Assembly (NCBI GenBank): GCA_028534125.1
Contig: CM052816.1
Location: 20,710,001 to 20,774,000 of the forward strand
Length of the DNA: 64,000 nucleotides
Source of the DNA: Lama glama
Taxonomy: Eukaryota
Reading direction: 5' to 3'
The notes under the pieces were generated by a model. It was not told the origin of the DNA. It saw only the letters and a list, made by a program, of their open reading frames with translations, and did not search any database. This document shows, one piece after another, positions 24,801 to 39,000 of this stretch (position 1 is the stretch's first letter; each line of letters opens with the position of its first letter). Both the position numbers and the translations under genes were made by a program.

Positions 24801-25389
24801 GTGCTCTTCTTCCCCATCTCCATGTTGGGTGATGGAGAGAACGAAGTGGAACCCAACGGGAAGGGCCATATTAGGCACCCACACTCTATTGAGTTAGGGA
24901 CTACCAGGGCAGGTGGACCTGAACTAAAGACTGGGAGAGGGATGGAGAGAGAGAAGACAACCACATATGTGGGCATTTAGCTTTCCATTCAGAAGTTGGT
25001 AGTGAGTGACTGATGGCATCAAATGAAGCCTCCTCTCTCTGTCAGCTTTACAAGCACAGTGTTCACCAAACCAATATTCATGAAGGTCCAAGCTGCAGTC
25101 AGCTCGGCAGCCCATCACCTAAGAAGTTAAGCAAGGCCATGCTACCGTGCCTCGTAGAACTCTCTAGATCCCAAAGTCAGCTCAAAGGCAAATGCATTAA
25201 CAGGTCCCACAAACCTCAGGTGGAGCAAGGCACAGGCCTCCCCTCTGTTGAGGGCTTGCACCAGAGCATCAGGCTGATGGAAAACTCCCAGAGCACGAAT
25301 TCTAAGAATTCATCTCTCAAATCCAACTGCCCCTGTCCAGTCACCATGAGACCCTGAAAGAGAGATGCTCTCAAGGACTTCCTTTCATT

Positions 25390-25900
25390 TTCTTCTTGAA
25401 GTAATATCTTTTTTGTTTCAAAATAGCATATGTTAACTTTACACAGCTGCACAAGAAGTTGAAGATAACCCCTCCCCAAACCCACTGCCCCTGAATCCCA
25501 TCCCTCAGGGACAACCACCTCCATGGACAAATTGGTGGGACCCATCAAAGATTTCTTCTGTGCCTAGACAAACACCCACGTAGATATTTTTGTGACCTCA
25601 TTGTTTTGCAACTTGCTTTTCTCACTCAAAACCCTATCAAGTCAGTACAAATAGATTTACCTGGATCCTTCCAATAGATGTATAATATTCTACTGAGGGC
25701 TGAAACATAGTGTATTTAACCAGTCCCCTGATAATGGGTGTCAGGTTGTTCTTGGTTTTTCATTACCACAAACAAAACTACAGTCGGCATCATTGGTCAA
25801 GGATGTCTTTGCACATAAATACACTGTCAAATAAACTCACAGAGGCTCCTGGGGGGGGGAGGGTCTGATTTTGCAGGTACCTGGCAGCTCCTTCAAAAGT
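25390..25900 (-). mobile_element. Old L1 (L1M/L1ME-like) 3' fragment
   Basis: ttttgcaacttgcttttctcactc..tatttaaccagtcccctgataatggg..ggttgttcttggtttttcattaccacaaacaaaactacag. Confidence 0.7.
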
Positions 25901-28900
25901 TGCAGGCCCTTGTCTCTCTGTCTTATAATTTCCAAAGTTAGAAAGTTTAGAAAGACTGAACAGTCCGCTCCCTGTCTCGGGATGAGGAGGGAGGCAGCTG
26001 AGATTTGCACTTGGAATTTATTCCTAAGAAGCTGGGCTACAAAGACAAATGAGCCATGCCTCCACCAACTCTAGGTTGAGCTGCAGAGGCCTCACGACTC
26101 CTGAGACTTTTTAGCCATCCGCAAACGCACACGCATCAGCCCAGCTTCTCAAACCAGCTCCCATGTCAGGGCATGCTGGCCTACAGACTCCTCCCACCAC
26201 ACAGGCAACGGCACAGACGAGGGGTAGACAGAGCTCTGGGTGTTGCCATCAAACTGTCCACCACGTGGGGTGGGAAGGCACAACTTTGACCAGCTCTGTG
26301 TTTAAAATGCACAATCTTCTGCACTGTAGTCTGGTGACCCCAGAGCTTGGGCCACAAGCAAGTGAAGCTCCCAGAGCCTGTGATGTAATCTAGGAAGCGA
26401 AACAGCAGCTCTGGCACTGCTTGGAGCCAAGTGAAGGTCCACACAGCCTGCGAACCCATAGCACACGGCACGTGAGGTCGGGGGAAGAGAAGTTGGGGGT
26501 ATTAGCTGCCCTCCCCGGGAAACCATCCCCCAGGGCCAAAAGGGAAGCTGCTTGTCATAAGGAGCTCTCCGCCTTCGCAGCCCAGCCAGGCCAGTGCAAT
26601 TTGAAGGCTGGAAAATTTGCTTCCTGTGTCTAATGACCTTCTACCTGGATGTGCCCATTCTGATCTCTGGACCCCTCCTCTGCCCTAGCAAACCAAACTC
26701 CCCACCAGATGGAAAGATCTAGAAGTCTCCTTTGTGTTAACGACTGATAGCCAGGGTAGGCTCTGCCTTTCCAAGTACGTCTCAATTGCAAAAGAACCCT
26801 CCAGTGATGGACTCTGGTATCTGTTGGCAGGAAGGCAACACTGAGACCTTCCCCACCACAGGCACTGAGGCCTCACGGCAGCCCCCATGCCTTCATCGAT
26901 CTGACCATTCTGGGCATCAGGGAGCGGAGCCCCTCTGAGAACTTGCGCAAGTCGCTTCCTCTCATTTGGCCACAGAGTCACCTGTGAGATGGGCAAGTGC
27001 TTCCTCCCTGCCTAGCCTCCCCGTAGGGTGACGAGACCCTGGATGGGCAAGCGCTTTGTGACAAAGGGTTGTCCTTACTGCCACCACCGGGTTAACTGCA
27101 GCCCCAGGATGCCCTGTCACCTGCCCTGTGGTCCCCCTAGGCCTGGGCTCAGGGAGAGGCCCTCACAGCCACTGCAGACATGCTGATCTTTGACACACAG
27201 TGGGCGCGCAGCCTCCCAACGGCTGATGCCTCCTTCAGCCCCTGTCAATTTCAGTTCTGTGCTTGACCCTCGGCCACCTCCTCACCCAGCCCCCAGAATC
27301 CTGTTAGGCTGCAGGGTGCCTAACAGGGTGCAGCCAGCTGTCACCTCCTCCCTCTCTCCTCTTGTCTTTCATGCCTTTTCTCCTCCACTCGCTCCCTAGC
27401 AGGACCCATCAAATCAAAATCACTCAGGTTTTTGCTGCTGCTCCTTTTCCTCCTCCTAGGAGGGTGATCCTGAGGAATGGGGTCACAGAGACTCCAGGGA
27501 GAGAGGCAGTGCAAGGACGGAGGCCCACCCTGTGCAGCCAGCAGGCCAGGCCCTCTACGTTTGTGCCTTCTGGGGACCTTGGTGCTCTCCGAGGGCATGG
27601 GGACAAGTGGCATGCCCACCCCTTTCTGGTTTGTAGGGAAGAAGCGTCATGATCTTCTAAGGCTGAGAGCACCCAGTGCAGAGCCAGGGCCAGACGGGAA
27701 GCCTGGTCGCTGCCCTGGGCCAGTGGCCCCTGCAGCTACAGCTGCTACAGGCTAACCACGCCTGCTCCCCAAATGTCCATGCCCAGCTCCCAGGAGGCAG
27801 GCGTGGATGGTGTCCTTTGCTCACCACTGCCAGGGACCCTCGCTTCTTAGTCAGTGAAGGGCTGGGCAGGAGCAGGTGGCTGCCCACCCCACCTTCTCAT
27901 AGCAGGACAGAGAAACCCCGAAGCCCTGGCCCTCCTGCATCCCCCACGCTCCACTGACACCCAGGTGTTTGTTCCATGCCATTCTTAGCTGACCACCTTC
28001 TCTCCGAGGTCAGGAGCCAGTGTGGAAGGCTGCTCTGGGAGGAGGATGGTGAGGCTGGGGCTGCTTGGGGGATCCCGCCCAAGCCAGGCAGGCCCCCAGC
28101 TCACCAGGCGTCCGCCCTCAGCTGCTTCTCAGCTGGGAGGGGGCCAGGCATCCTGAACCACATACATTTTAATGGACACATTTCACTGGTGATTGCCCTG
28201 CGTGTGCAGAAGCTCATTAAACTGGTGGTGTTTCGGGACCACGGGAAGCCGTTCTGCCCACGACTTCCTGGCCTGTCTGTAGAACTGCCAGGAGGAAGGG
28301 AACTCATTTTCAGCTCTCAAGGTCAGTGCCGTGGAAACAGCATTCAGCAGCCACATTGGCTGCACGTGCTGTGGTCTGTGTACCCAGTGTTTGCACACAG
28401 AGGCCCCCACACTGGGCACATGCTCAGAGGTCCTGGCCAGTACTAGCTGGGCTCACAATGCCCGGCCAGGACCTAACAGGAGCACTGTGGTCACAAGCAG
28501 TGAGGCTCTTGGGCTTGGCAGCCCCAGGTCCACCGTGCTGGGTAGTGGCTGTGCGCTTACCCTTAACAAGAAAATTACACTTCTGGGCCTGGGGTGTGGG
28601 GACAACATGACTGGGACGCCTGCTGCCAGCCTTCAGGGAGAGTACATCCTGGTTGGGGTCTTGAACAACCCCCATCACTCAGTGGGTGTGAAGGGGAAGG
28701 GGTGGGAGGCAAAATAAGGCCCTGGCTGTGAGTCCTAACTTCACTGTCATGGCCAACATGTTCACTCAGTGAGTGAACCCGAGCTCAGCCGCAGCCTCAT
28801 GGCTTCCCAGCTGTGCAGCCCTGAGCCACCCCTTTGCCTCTCTGAGCTGCAGAGATAAGGTACCCACCCTGCAAGGTAGCCATGGGGTGGAGCATCTCCC

Positions 28901-31900
28901 ATGGTGCCTGCGTACAAGGGGCTTGGGAAACCAGAGCTGCTATGACCCATGCCACACCACTCCCTACCACCCTCCCCAGCCCCAGCACCTCAAGCTCCTG
29001 GCCTGGCCTTCTGTCCCTCTGTGCCTAGGCTGCCCATTTGCCCCCCTCTTATATTGATAGGCTTAGTATCCCTTGATTCAACTGGGGTTTATCGGGATCA
29101 GCCGAGTGTCAGGCCCCATACAAGATGCTGAGAGGGCAGCTGAAAACCAGGCGGAGAGAGTTCCTGCCACTCCTGATGCTGCCTACCCCTCACCCCTATC
29201 CCAGTGTGCCCTGCTAGGTGCCCCTTTTCAGCTGATGCCACCTCATTTAGGGTCCGTTCACCTCATCCCCACAGAACATGACAGCCCCTGGGGGGTAGGG
29301 CACCCCGAGAAGGCTATGGTTCCAACATTAGGGGCAAGAAGAGAGCATGGCCACAGGTGCAGCCTGGAAGCCTCAGGAAGGTGCAGCGGGCGGAGAAAGG
29401 TGAGGAGCTGGAGTAGGAAGTGACAGGCTGCACCAGCTCACAGAGGGCGCCAGGATCTCCCCGGACGTCAGGATGGGTGTCAGAACGTAGACCCAGAGGC
29501 AGGAGGCCTTTGGAGGCTCTGGCTTGTGGTTATGGGAGTGGAGGGCAGGCCGAGCTGAAAGGCCCAGGAAGGAGGAGGTGATCAGACCTGGGACTGCGAG
29601 GACAAGAGGTTAAAGGAATGAGAAAGGAAACAGGTGGAGGATGAGGCCGGGCCCAGGAAGGGGGATGAGCGGGGGAAGACAAGGTGAGGGAGAAGACCAG
29701 CCGTCTAGGGTACAGGTCCTGTGGGCATCAGAGCACCAGGTCCACAAGAGCTCAGGCTGGCCCCCGCCGGGAATGCCAGGGGTCGCACAGCCCCGGGGCA
29801 TACAGGGCCTGGCGCCCAGCAGGCTCTCAGCCGGTGGGGTGCGGCATGAGTGACTGTGTGATGGGACAGATGGACCTTCTTAGTTGTGATTGCTTTCCCA
29901 CCATACCATATGGTTCAAGCAGAGAGGGCTCAGCTGGGGTCCAAGCCTGTAACTCCATTCTCCTAAAGTGCCATGGATTTAACAGAAGGAGCCTATGGCA
30001 CCAGTGAATCCCAGTTCTTCCCAAGGACCACTGGACTGGCCCTGTGGTTGGCTGGGTTGGCCCAGTGGTATGTGGCCTCCCTGGAGCTGAGGGCAGGAGG
30101 AGGCCTCCAGGTGTCAGGGTCATTTCTCCAACTCCAGCCTTCCCAGGACACCTGCAGACAAAGGCTGGATTCTGGAGAGGTGAGCGGAGACCAGAAGCAC
30201 CGCGACCAGGATCTGGGAGGGTTGTACTTGGCTGCTCTTGGCTCCTCAGCCAGAACTAGTTTCTCAGAACCCTTTCCTTCCTGATGGGCCAGAGTGGAGA
30301 CAGAGGTGAGGCTGTGAGGGGGCGTCCTGGCACAGATAGGGTTACAGTGCGCAGGAGACAGTCTCCCAGGGGCCGTCCAGGCAGCCAGATGTCATCATAA
30401 AGCAAGCAGGTAGGGGTGTGAAACTGGGGTCTCCAGATATGGAGAAGTGAAGACAGGGTACCTGTGCAGTTTGTTTATACAATTGGTATTTATAGAATCC
30501 AGATGATTGTCTTATTTCAAAAAATTCTGATGCCTTTGCACCTGAACCCAGGCCTGTTGTACAATGCGCAGAAGAGAAACTGGGCCAGGGCCCAGCCCAG
30601 CTTCAGCGTAGGTTTCTGAAATGCGCTGCATCCCAGGTGGGGCCAGAACACATCCTTACACACAGTGTGCAGGCCTCCCGATGCGCCGTTTGCCACATGC
30701 TGACCTCTCTCAGGCTGTGCACGTGACCCCCTATCCCCAGGGCACTCGAGCCCCTGTAGTGGCCCCGGCCTGCATGAGACTGTTGAGTTGTAACTGTAAA
30801 GACATTCAGCGCCACAATCACAAGAAAAACACATATGATATCAAGATAAATCTGTCCCCATTGCCAGGGACAGTGCTGCCATTGCTCGGTCTCAGGTCTC
30901 CCCCTGCCCCCTCCCCTAGCCTGGCTAAGGGGCTGAGGGAGAGGGTGCAGAGACACCACATTTAACTCTTCAGTTACCATTCTCTGACTCATTAGCTGCT
31001 AGAGGATGCAGTCTAGATTCTCTCCTGGAATTTTATCATCACCCTCTCCAACCCCATCGAAATGCAGTGCTATGAAGTACACAGCAGCATGCGGAACTGT
31101 AGGGTGTCAGTCCTGCTGCTGTAACTCTCTGGGCCTCGCTGTTCCTGTCCTCCACATGGGGACAGGCCTGCCAATGGCATGAGATCTGGGATCACTGGCC
31201 CTGCAGGGATGCTGGGTGGCCTGCCTGTTGGGTCTCTCCTGCCAGCCTTTGAGTCTCTCATTGGGGAATGACTCCCCTGCATTTGGTCTGGAGGTCACTT
31301 CTCCAAAATTCAGCCCACCAAATGCATTTGTCAAATAGTTGAAGATCACTACTCTTGTGATTATTGGAATTTCTCTGTTTTTGAGGGTTTGTACCCCAAG
31401 TACCCTCTCTCAGTCCAGGGCAGGACACAGGTGGGAAATGTGTCCTAGAGCTGAGTTTGGCTCAAGCTAAGTGGAGATGCAGCTGGAAGTAGGCCTTGAA
31501 TACCAGGTGGCGGAGTGGGGCTCCCTCCAGGGACAGTGAGCAGGGAGGAGTCCTGGAGGGGAGCTGACTGCTGGTGGAGACGTTCCCAGAAAAGAGGCTA
31601 CTGTTTCAGCCAATAATGAGGTCCTGACCAGGGCAGCCTCAGAGGAGATGAAGAGGAAGGGCGGACTCAGAGAAGTGCGAGGGCGGTTTGGCTGTAATTG
31701 TAAAGATGGGGAGAAGTGGATGAGATTTTGGCTCATTCATCCCTAAAATGGACCATTCACTTAGCTAGCCTGCAGCCTCCGCATGTGCCTCGCAAGGCAG
31801 GCACCACGTGGTCGAGTGCAGCGAGAAGCAATTTGCCGCGGGTCAAGATGTGGAGATTTCCAAACTGACAGATGGTGGAGGAGTCTTTGGAGAGGAAGCG

Positions 31901-32488
31901 GGAGGCGTTTTTCTTACCACGATCTGTCCTTGGACAAAGCATACATTATAGGGTTCCCTCTGAAAGATAATTTAAAGAACCTACCCAGGACAGAAGAGAA
32001 AGATAAATACCCCATACAAGGAAGAGAGATTTCTCACTTCCCGATATTTTGGTGCCATGCATCTTGCTCGACACAGGGAAGGTTTCAGCCAAAGGCAAGT
32101 GAGCTGGTTTCTGTGTCACAACTGTGATGCTCATAACACGCAGTTGGTGAGGTCTCCCATCCCCCGTCACCCGCCTGTGTAGAGAGGAGCAGCAGGGGGC
32201 CCACCAAGTCCCGTGTCAGCAGGGAAGCTTGATGGCCGAGCCCCCGTGTAAGGTTTGGCCTTGCTGTCATGCTGGGGTGAGAAACGTAGGGCCTCCTCTA
32301 ACCCCTACAGTGCAACCACCAAGACATGGATTGGTCCAGACAGGGCTGCGTCCACGTGTGCAGGGCAGCCCTGCCCAGGAGAGGGCAGTGAGAGAGAGGA
32401 CTCTGGCTTTCAAAGATGAAGAATGGGTGCTTCTTTTAGAGCTGTGCGAGCCACATTATCACTGCTGACTGTGGTTACTAATGTAGAC

Positions 32489-32702
32489 CATGGTTCTCCA
32501 TGGTGCCCCCGTTGCCATTTGGGGCCAGATAATTCTTTGATGTGGGGATCTCGGGTGCATTGTAAGGTGTTTAACAGCATCCCTGGCCAGCACCCACCAG
32601 ATGCCAAGAGAAAAACACTCCCTCCCAGAGATGTGACAGCCAATCTCCAGACATTACAAATGTCTCCTGAGGGGCAGAGTCACCCCAGGTTGAGAAGCAC
32701 TA
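32489..32702 (-). mobile_element. MER20 hAT-Charlie MITE
   Basis: ggggccagataattctttgatgtgggg..gtgcattgtaaggtgtttaacagcatccctggcc..ctccagacattacaaatgtctcctgaggggcag..ccccaggttgagaagcacta; TSD ATGTAGAC / AGGTACAC (6/8). Confidence 0.9.
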
Positions 32703-32869
32703 AGGTACACCAAACAGGCCTTTCCCTGTCTCTCCCCATCAGGTACACTCCCCCAGGTCTCCGTCTGCACCCAGGCTCTACCCACCCGCCGTACGAAGCA
32801 CAAAGTCTGTGCCGTCAGTGGTCAGGCCTCCTCTTATTCCCTGGGGGCTGCCCACTCTCACCTACTCAG

Positions 32870-34420
32870 AGGCTTTTCTTCTAGAATTGCCCCCTTCTCT
32901 CTTTCACATCATGAAGTTCGCCCTCCGCGTTCGATAGTTCTACAGGTGTGTTTTTCTAGTTGTTGTGTTTGCAAGCCAGTCTTGCTGTGACCTTCCACCC
33001 AACACCCCATTTCTCCGCTCCCCTTAGTGACAGAACTCTTCTAACGAGCTCCTCTTCTCTACCTCCTGCTCCCTCTCAGCCCGTTCCAAAGGTGACTTCA
33101 CTCCTCAGGCCTCTAATGAAAGAGGCTCCAAATGTCGAGTTCCCAAGCACCCTCTGTGTGGCCAAGCCGGGGATCAAATCCCAGCCCCAGCCTGATGGAG
33201 CTCTCGGCAGCCCCGGACACAGGGCACCCGCGCCCCCCGCACAGGCTCCTGCCCAGGCTTGCTGTGACTTCTCACCCTCCCGCCTCTACGCCACCCTGGG
33301 GACCAGGACTCGGTTCTCAGCCCTCTCCCCTCCCTCCACACACTCCCTGCTGATCTCATTTGGTCCCGTGGTTTTAAATACCACTTCTCATTGATGAATT
33401 CTAAAGTTGTCTCCCTGGCGTGGACCCCTCTCCCAAGACTCAGACTCACACAGCCAACTCCCTACCCGTCAGTCCACCTACTGTGGTTTTAGCTAAAATT
33501 TCTGCTTTCTTCCTCAACCTTTCAGTAAACCCAACCAACACCCACCCAGTTCTTCTGGCCAAAATTCTAATATTCATCCTTGACTCTTCCCTTTCTCTCA
33601 TTCCCGTAACGTTCAGTCAGTCGACAGATCTGTTGGCCCTGCCTCCAACAGTTGTCCCAAATCAGTCTGGCACCTAGCAGGTCTCCCGGCTTCCTCTGCG
33701 GCCCGCTGTGTCCACCCTCCTCACAACCACAGCAGGCCCCCCCCAGCACCCTCCACCCTTTCTGACAAAGCCTCAGTTGGCCCACCTCCTCCCACAGTCA
33801 AATGCCTCCCCAAGCCCGCCATGGTGGTCCTCACCAGTGGTTGCTTTTGGGGTGAGCACGTGACACAAATCTGGCCAAAGAAACCTGAGGGGAAGTTGGG
33901 GCGCCAGGGCTTCTGGGAGAGGCTTCCCTGTGCCTGCAGCTCACGCACAAGGGAGAGTCCCTCCTCTCACCCTCTGATGGAGTGCCTGCCTGCGATGCCC
34001 AAACCTGTGCTGCACAGCTGCACACAGAAGGCTTCAGGGCAGGAGGAAGAGGGCCTGTGTGCCCCATGTCGTCTTGGTACCACGGGATGAACCTCCCCAG
34101 GAAACTCCCGTCAGGCTCTCCTCGTGGTGTTGATCATAGCTTTTCCTTACTAGTCAGCCTCTTCCAGTCAGGATTTTCTGTTGAAGCAACTGAAAACGTC
34201 TCCACCAATGCATAGGTGGTCATTAAAAGTGTAAATCAGACCATTTTATTCTCCTGCTTAAAATCCTCCAATGATTTCTCATAGAATAAAACCCCAAGTC
34301 CTCACCACTGTCAAGGGCCCCTGCCAGTCTGGCTCCTGGCCACATCTCCAGCCTCATCTCTGACCACTGCCCCCAGGGGCTTCCTCCCTGACTCCGTGCT
34401 GTCCTTGCCCTGCTTGTGCC
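32870..34420 (+). mobile_element. L2 fragment interrupted by an old LTR
   Basis: cccgtggttttaaataccac..cctctcccaagactcagactc..tcatccttgactcttccctttctctc; resumes at ~34213 with taaaagtgtaaatcagacc..ctgcttaaaatcctccaatg..agaataaaaccccaagtcct. Confidence 0.7.
33740..34212 (+). mobile_element. Old ERVL/MaLR LTR (MLT1J/LTR16/LTR33-like) nested in L2
   Basis: gagcacgtgacacaaatctggccaaagaaacctgaggggaagt..ggcttctgggagaggctt..; ends caggattttctgttgaagcaactgaaaacgtctccaccaatgca. Confidence 0.6.
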
Positions 34421-35469
34421 CATAGCATCACCAGCTGGTGAGGGAAAGGCTCCTCTGAATTCAGCCTTTAACCCTCTCTGCCAAGACCCAAGCCAGGCTG
34501 TCAGGGTCAGTGCTCCACAGACTTCCTCTCCTTTCAACGGTTAGACTCAGCTGAGCTCCCTGTCATGTTGATAAATACTGTGACCGAAGCTGTGGGAGTT
34601 TCTCAGATGGAAACTGAAAAACTGAAACCCAAAGGAAGGACAGAGTCTCAGCATGGCTCACCCTGGACCTGGAGTTTATGAGCCAAGGTCCTTAGGAGCC
34701 ATGTTGGAAAGGAACGTAGGCTGTGAGCAGTGTTTCTTTTAAGACAGAAGTTGGCAGTAGCTCCAGGGGCCCTGGGAGCAGCAGAGCCTATGGTCAGCCT
34801 CAGGAACCCCTCTTCAGGAGTTCATCAGAGCTGTGACACACTCTGGAAGTTGGAATTTGAAACAAAAACAAATACACTGATATAAGCTATTTTCCAAAAT
34901 GGCCTGCTGATGCCTGTGTACGAAACGCAGCTATGACTTAGCGTTCTCAGGAGACAGAATAATTAAACAGAAAACAAGCTATATTTATTCATATTCTTGC
35001 AAGACCCGATGGCTTCTCCCCGTCGCATGCATGAAACACAGTCCCTGCTCAGAGAGGGCACGGCATGGGCTGCAGGGCAGAGGTGCAGTGAGGACACATC
35101 AGGGACCTGCTCCCAGTCTGGCTTCTGCTGCTTGGACACACCCCAGTCCAGTCCCTGGGGTCGTGGGGAGAGCAGCCCTGACAATAGAGACTTGTGACCA
35201 TCCTCTTCCTCGGCCGAGGGCTTGTAGTGAAAAAAAGAAAAACCACCTTTTAGAAATCCTTCTCAAATCTTATTCAGTGAAGAGAGCTACAATGTGTTTG
35301 TAATCTGCATTTCAGGTCACATGCCTTGGGGAGGTTTGGGGGGGCCATCGGTCAAAACAGATGGCACCCCAAGACTGTGTATGGGTCCCTGGACCTCCCC
35401 TCCCAGTTTGTCTCACCTCAGGGAATGGCACTGTATTTATTATGCAAGAGGATCAAGCCAAAAACACGG

Positions 35470-36190
35470 AAGGAAGTCATCCTGAAACCCCTTTCCCTTG
35501 CCCCCTCATCCAAACTGCTTCCAAGTCCCGTGCCTTCCTCTGCTCCCCATCTCTGCAGTCATTGATTATCTCTCCCCTGAACCACTGTCTCAGGCTCCTA
35601 GACGGTCTCCCGCATCCTCTCCTCTCCCCCAATGGTCTATTATTCTCACAATATCCAGAGTAGTCCTTTCAGCGTGCAAATCATATCACAGTCCTTCTTG
35701 ACTTAAAATCCTTCCCATCACTTTCCATTGCCTTAAATTGAAACCATTAAGTCTTCCCTTAAGGAGCCATGGCTCTGCCTGTTCTACCTGGCCACTTCCG
35801 CCTCTGTGACTGCGTCTGTGCCACGCACCCCTGCACCATTCCCTGTGCTTTGGCCACGCTGGCCTTCTTCAGTTCCCAGACCATTCTAAGCCTACCTCAG
35901 GGCCTTTGCATGAGCTGATTCTCTGACTAGAATGTCCTTCCCCTCATTCTTGGCCTGGATGGTTTATTCCTGTCTTACAGATCTCTACTTAAGTATCTCC
36001 TACTCACAAGTCTTCCCCCACATTTCTCCACTTGCATCTTGATAGGACTTCCTTGCTATTCTCTCTCGGCATCTTGTTCTTTCTGCCTATAGAGCATATT
36101 GTATTGTGTAATTTATTTCCACATTCTCTCCCAGCCCACCCTTAGATAACCTCTCCAATAGGCAGGGAGTTTGGACACTAGCAGTGAAAG
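35470..36190 (+). mobile_element. L2 fragment
   Basis: ccagagtagtcctttcagcgtgcaaatcatatca..ccacgctggccttcttcagttccc..cctcagggcctttgcatgagctg..ctagaatgtccttccc. Confidence 0.75.
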
Positions 36191-36606
36191 TGGTAGAAAT
36201 GGCAGCGGGATGAGAGAGTGAGCTCTCTGCACAGAAGTTGTGCCAGGGATTGGAACAGAAGTTAGATCTCTTATCAGAGGATTCTGAGGGTTCTGACCTG
36301 AGAGACTTGCCCTCCCGAGGGTCTGTTCCACATCTCATTACAGTTTCTTCCATGGAAATAAATTAACTTGTATTTCTTTCCCTTGGAGAGGTGGGGTGTG
36401 TATTAGGCAATCAACACCAAATGCTGTAGAAACCATGAAACCTCAGGGGCATAATGTAGTAAGGACTGGTTTCTCACCCTCATCAGGTCCGCTAGGGTCA
36501 GGCAGCTCTCCTCAAGCAGCAACTCGGAGGCTGTGTTCTTTGTTCTCACAAAATGCATGGCCATGCTGTCTCCATGGAAGGAAAGAAGAGAGCGTGGATG
36601 ACAACT

Positions 36607-36792
36607 GCATTTGTCAGTGTTCTCCAGAGTATTAGAACCAGTGAGGTGGGTGGGTGGATGGATGGAGAGAAAGATTTATTATAAGGAATTGGCTCACATG
36701 ATTAGAGAGGCTGAGAAGTCCCAAGATCTGCAGCCAGCCAGCTGGAGGCGCCAGAGAGCCCATAGTGTAAGTTCCAGTCTGAAAGCCAGCAG
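36607..36792 (-). mobile_element. MLT2-like (ERVL) LTR fragment
   Basis: gtcagtgttctccagag..agaaccagt..gatttattataaggaattggctcacatgattagagaggctgagaagtcccaagatctgcagccagccagctggag. Confidence 0.85.
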
Positions 36793-38559
36793 CACTCTAC
36801 CCTGGTTTCTGTCCCACTCACCAACTTCCCAGTGTGACCCTGGTCACAGGAGCAAGGTCAGATCAATGAAGTTTGTCACATGGGGCCACACCTATGTGGG
36901 CAGCTCCCAGGCCACCTGGGGATGGAGAGCTCCCCCAGGGCACCGGGGATTCACATCCCTTGTACAAGGAGAACAGTGTGAAATGAGGCTGCCGCTGCAG
37001 AGGCCTCTCTGCAGATCGCCCTGGTTCCCCAGCCAGCCCCTGAGCCCAGCTTCGCCCTGAGCCAAGCTCCATCAGTGCACTGACGTGAGGGCTGGTAGAC
37101 TGAGCTTTTGACTAGAGTCTTTCCACCAAGAGCATCATTTGAAAAATGGCAAATGTCCAGGTAGGAATGTGTTCCATTAGTGCATTTCTAGCATAAGGAA
37201 ACTAACGCCAACTTGACAGGAATTTGAGAAATTTAATTTCTATTGCTGTGAAGCACCAGAAGTCTGCTTGAGAGGGTGCTGATGGGTTTATGAGTGTCTC
37301 ATCGAGTTCAAGTCAGTGTGAGAAATAGCGCCTGAGATTAAGGGAAAGCTGTAATAGGAACTAAAACCCAATTCTCCAGCGACGCAAATTTTATGCCTCA
37401 TGCTTCCAGGAAGGGTGCTCGTTCGCCTGCTCATGGTGGGCCTATCAATCCCCCGCGAGGGCCCTTCTCTCCAAGCTCCAAGGAGCAAGGGGAGCATGTG
37501 TTCAGGGAGGAGGCCGAGGGCTGTGTCTGGAAAAGCAAGGGTGACGCTGCTCTGGTCTGAAGGGCCTAGAGAGCCAGTGAGGTGTCTCCCAGGACTTGGC
37601 CCGAAGCCCACCCGCTGTGTGCCCAGTGCCACACTAGGCGCCATAGCGCAGAACAGCCCTGCCGGGATCCCCCTGCTGACATGCAGCCTGGTGAGGGTAT
37701 CAGGACGGTCTCTCTTGTGCTAACTGACCCACGCTGACCTTGAGTCATGCAATGCCGCCTGTGCCTCTTCATCCCAGGAGGAACGAGGGGAAGCCCACTA
37801 ATGCCCCAAAGCCTGGACCATAGGGTGTCCCAAGCTGTGAGGAAGCCCTCAACCCTTGTGCCCTCCTCGAATTGCCTCCTCACCAGGCAGCCTTCCAGCA
37901 CCAACTCTTACAGCAGAAGCAGCATCTATCTGTAGGCACCTCGGCCGGTAGTGCCACCGAGATCCCCAGCCCAGCCCTCCCTGTGCAGGGACACCAGCCT
38001 CTTTCTACAAGATGCATCCTCACCCCAGACCCACCTGACGGGAGCCCCCCACCCAGCCCTCTTTCACTGCCCCCCCCTACTCTGGGCACAGGAGACCTTG
38101 GGACCCTTCTCAGAGAGTGGCCTGTGAGACCACAGATGGTCAGCACTGTGGGAGCAGCAGAGCCACAGCCAGGAGCTGGAAGGACCCCTCGGGGGCCCTT
38201 CCACAGGCCGCTCCCTGGAGGGCTGCAGTGTGGCTGCTCCACCTTCCTGCCTGGCCCCTCCTGTCCCCTTCCAGTGTGAGGCTCAAGAGGTCTGTGGGGC
38301 CTCTCAGCTGGGCCACACCACGACCACCAAGCCCTCCCCCGTTACTCTGCAGAGAAGGGGCAGGTGGGGGTGGACGGCAATAGCAGAAATCAGGTTTCGC
38401 TCTGATGACTCTCACTGTCTCACAACAAGGCTCCACCCATCTTGCCCTCACCATCTTGCATCTTGTCGAGACTTCCAGGTGGGGTTGTGATGCAATAGAG
38501 GGGACAGAAGAGGCCCTCTCTCTGTCTCTGTGGTGGTCCTAGAGTGTCGATCTGCCCAA

Positions 38560-39000
38560 CACATCCTCTCTGTCGTGACATTTGACTCCACCCCCAACCT
38601 CCCAGCACCTGGCCCCAGCGGTGGTCACGTGGCCCAGGCCTGTGTGTCGGTCAGTCCTGTGACCGCAGAGTACTCCGTCCACCTCACCTCAGAGACTGCT
38701 TCATGGAATAACACAGGATGGGAGTCTGGGCCATTGGACTTCTCCCCATGCTTTTTTTTAAGGGCTCTCAGGAGAGACGTGGGCCCTTTCTCTGGGATCC
38801 TGTGTACGGGGACAGTCTAGGTGTGGGGCCACCCAGCAGACAGTGCCACTGTTGGTGACGCCGGATGCCCACAGCTGCCTCCACCCCCTTAGATTTCCCA
38901 GTTATGGGCATTAAGATGATCCTCCTTTTTTTTTTCCCCCTAAACTAGTTGAGCATTTCTGAGAGTTTCTGCTAGTTAAGTCTGAAAAAGTCCTTACAAA
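38560..39000 (+). mobile_element. Old MaLR LTR (MLT1J/K-like)
   Basis: ggtggtcacgtggcccaggcc..ccccttagatttcccagttatg..taaactagttgag..tttctgctagttaagtctgaaaaagtcct. Confidence 0.5.

Noticed and set aside
30367..30880. Possible hAT-type DNA transposon remnant
   Set aside because: AT-rich patches are suggestive, but no convincing terminal inverted repeats or TSD could be identified.
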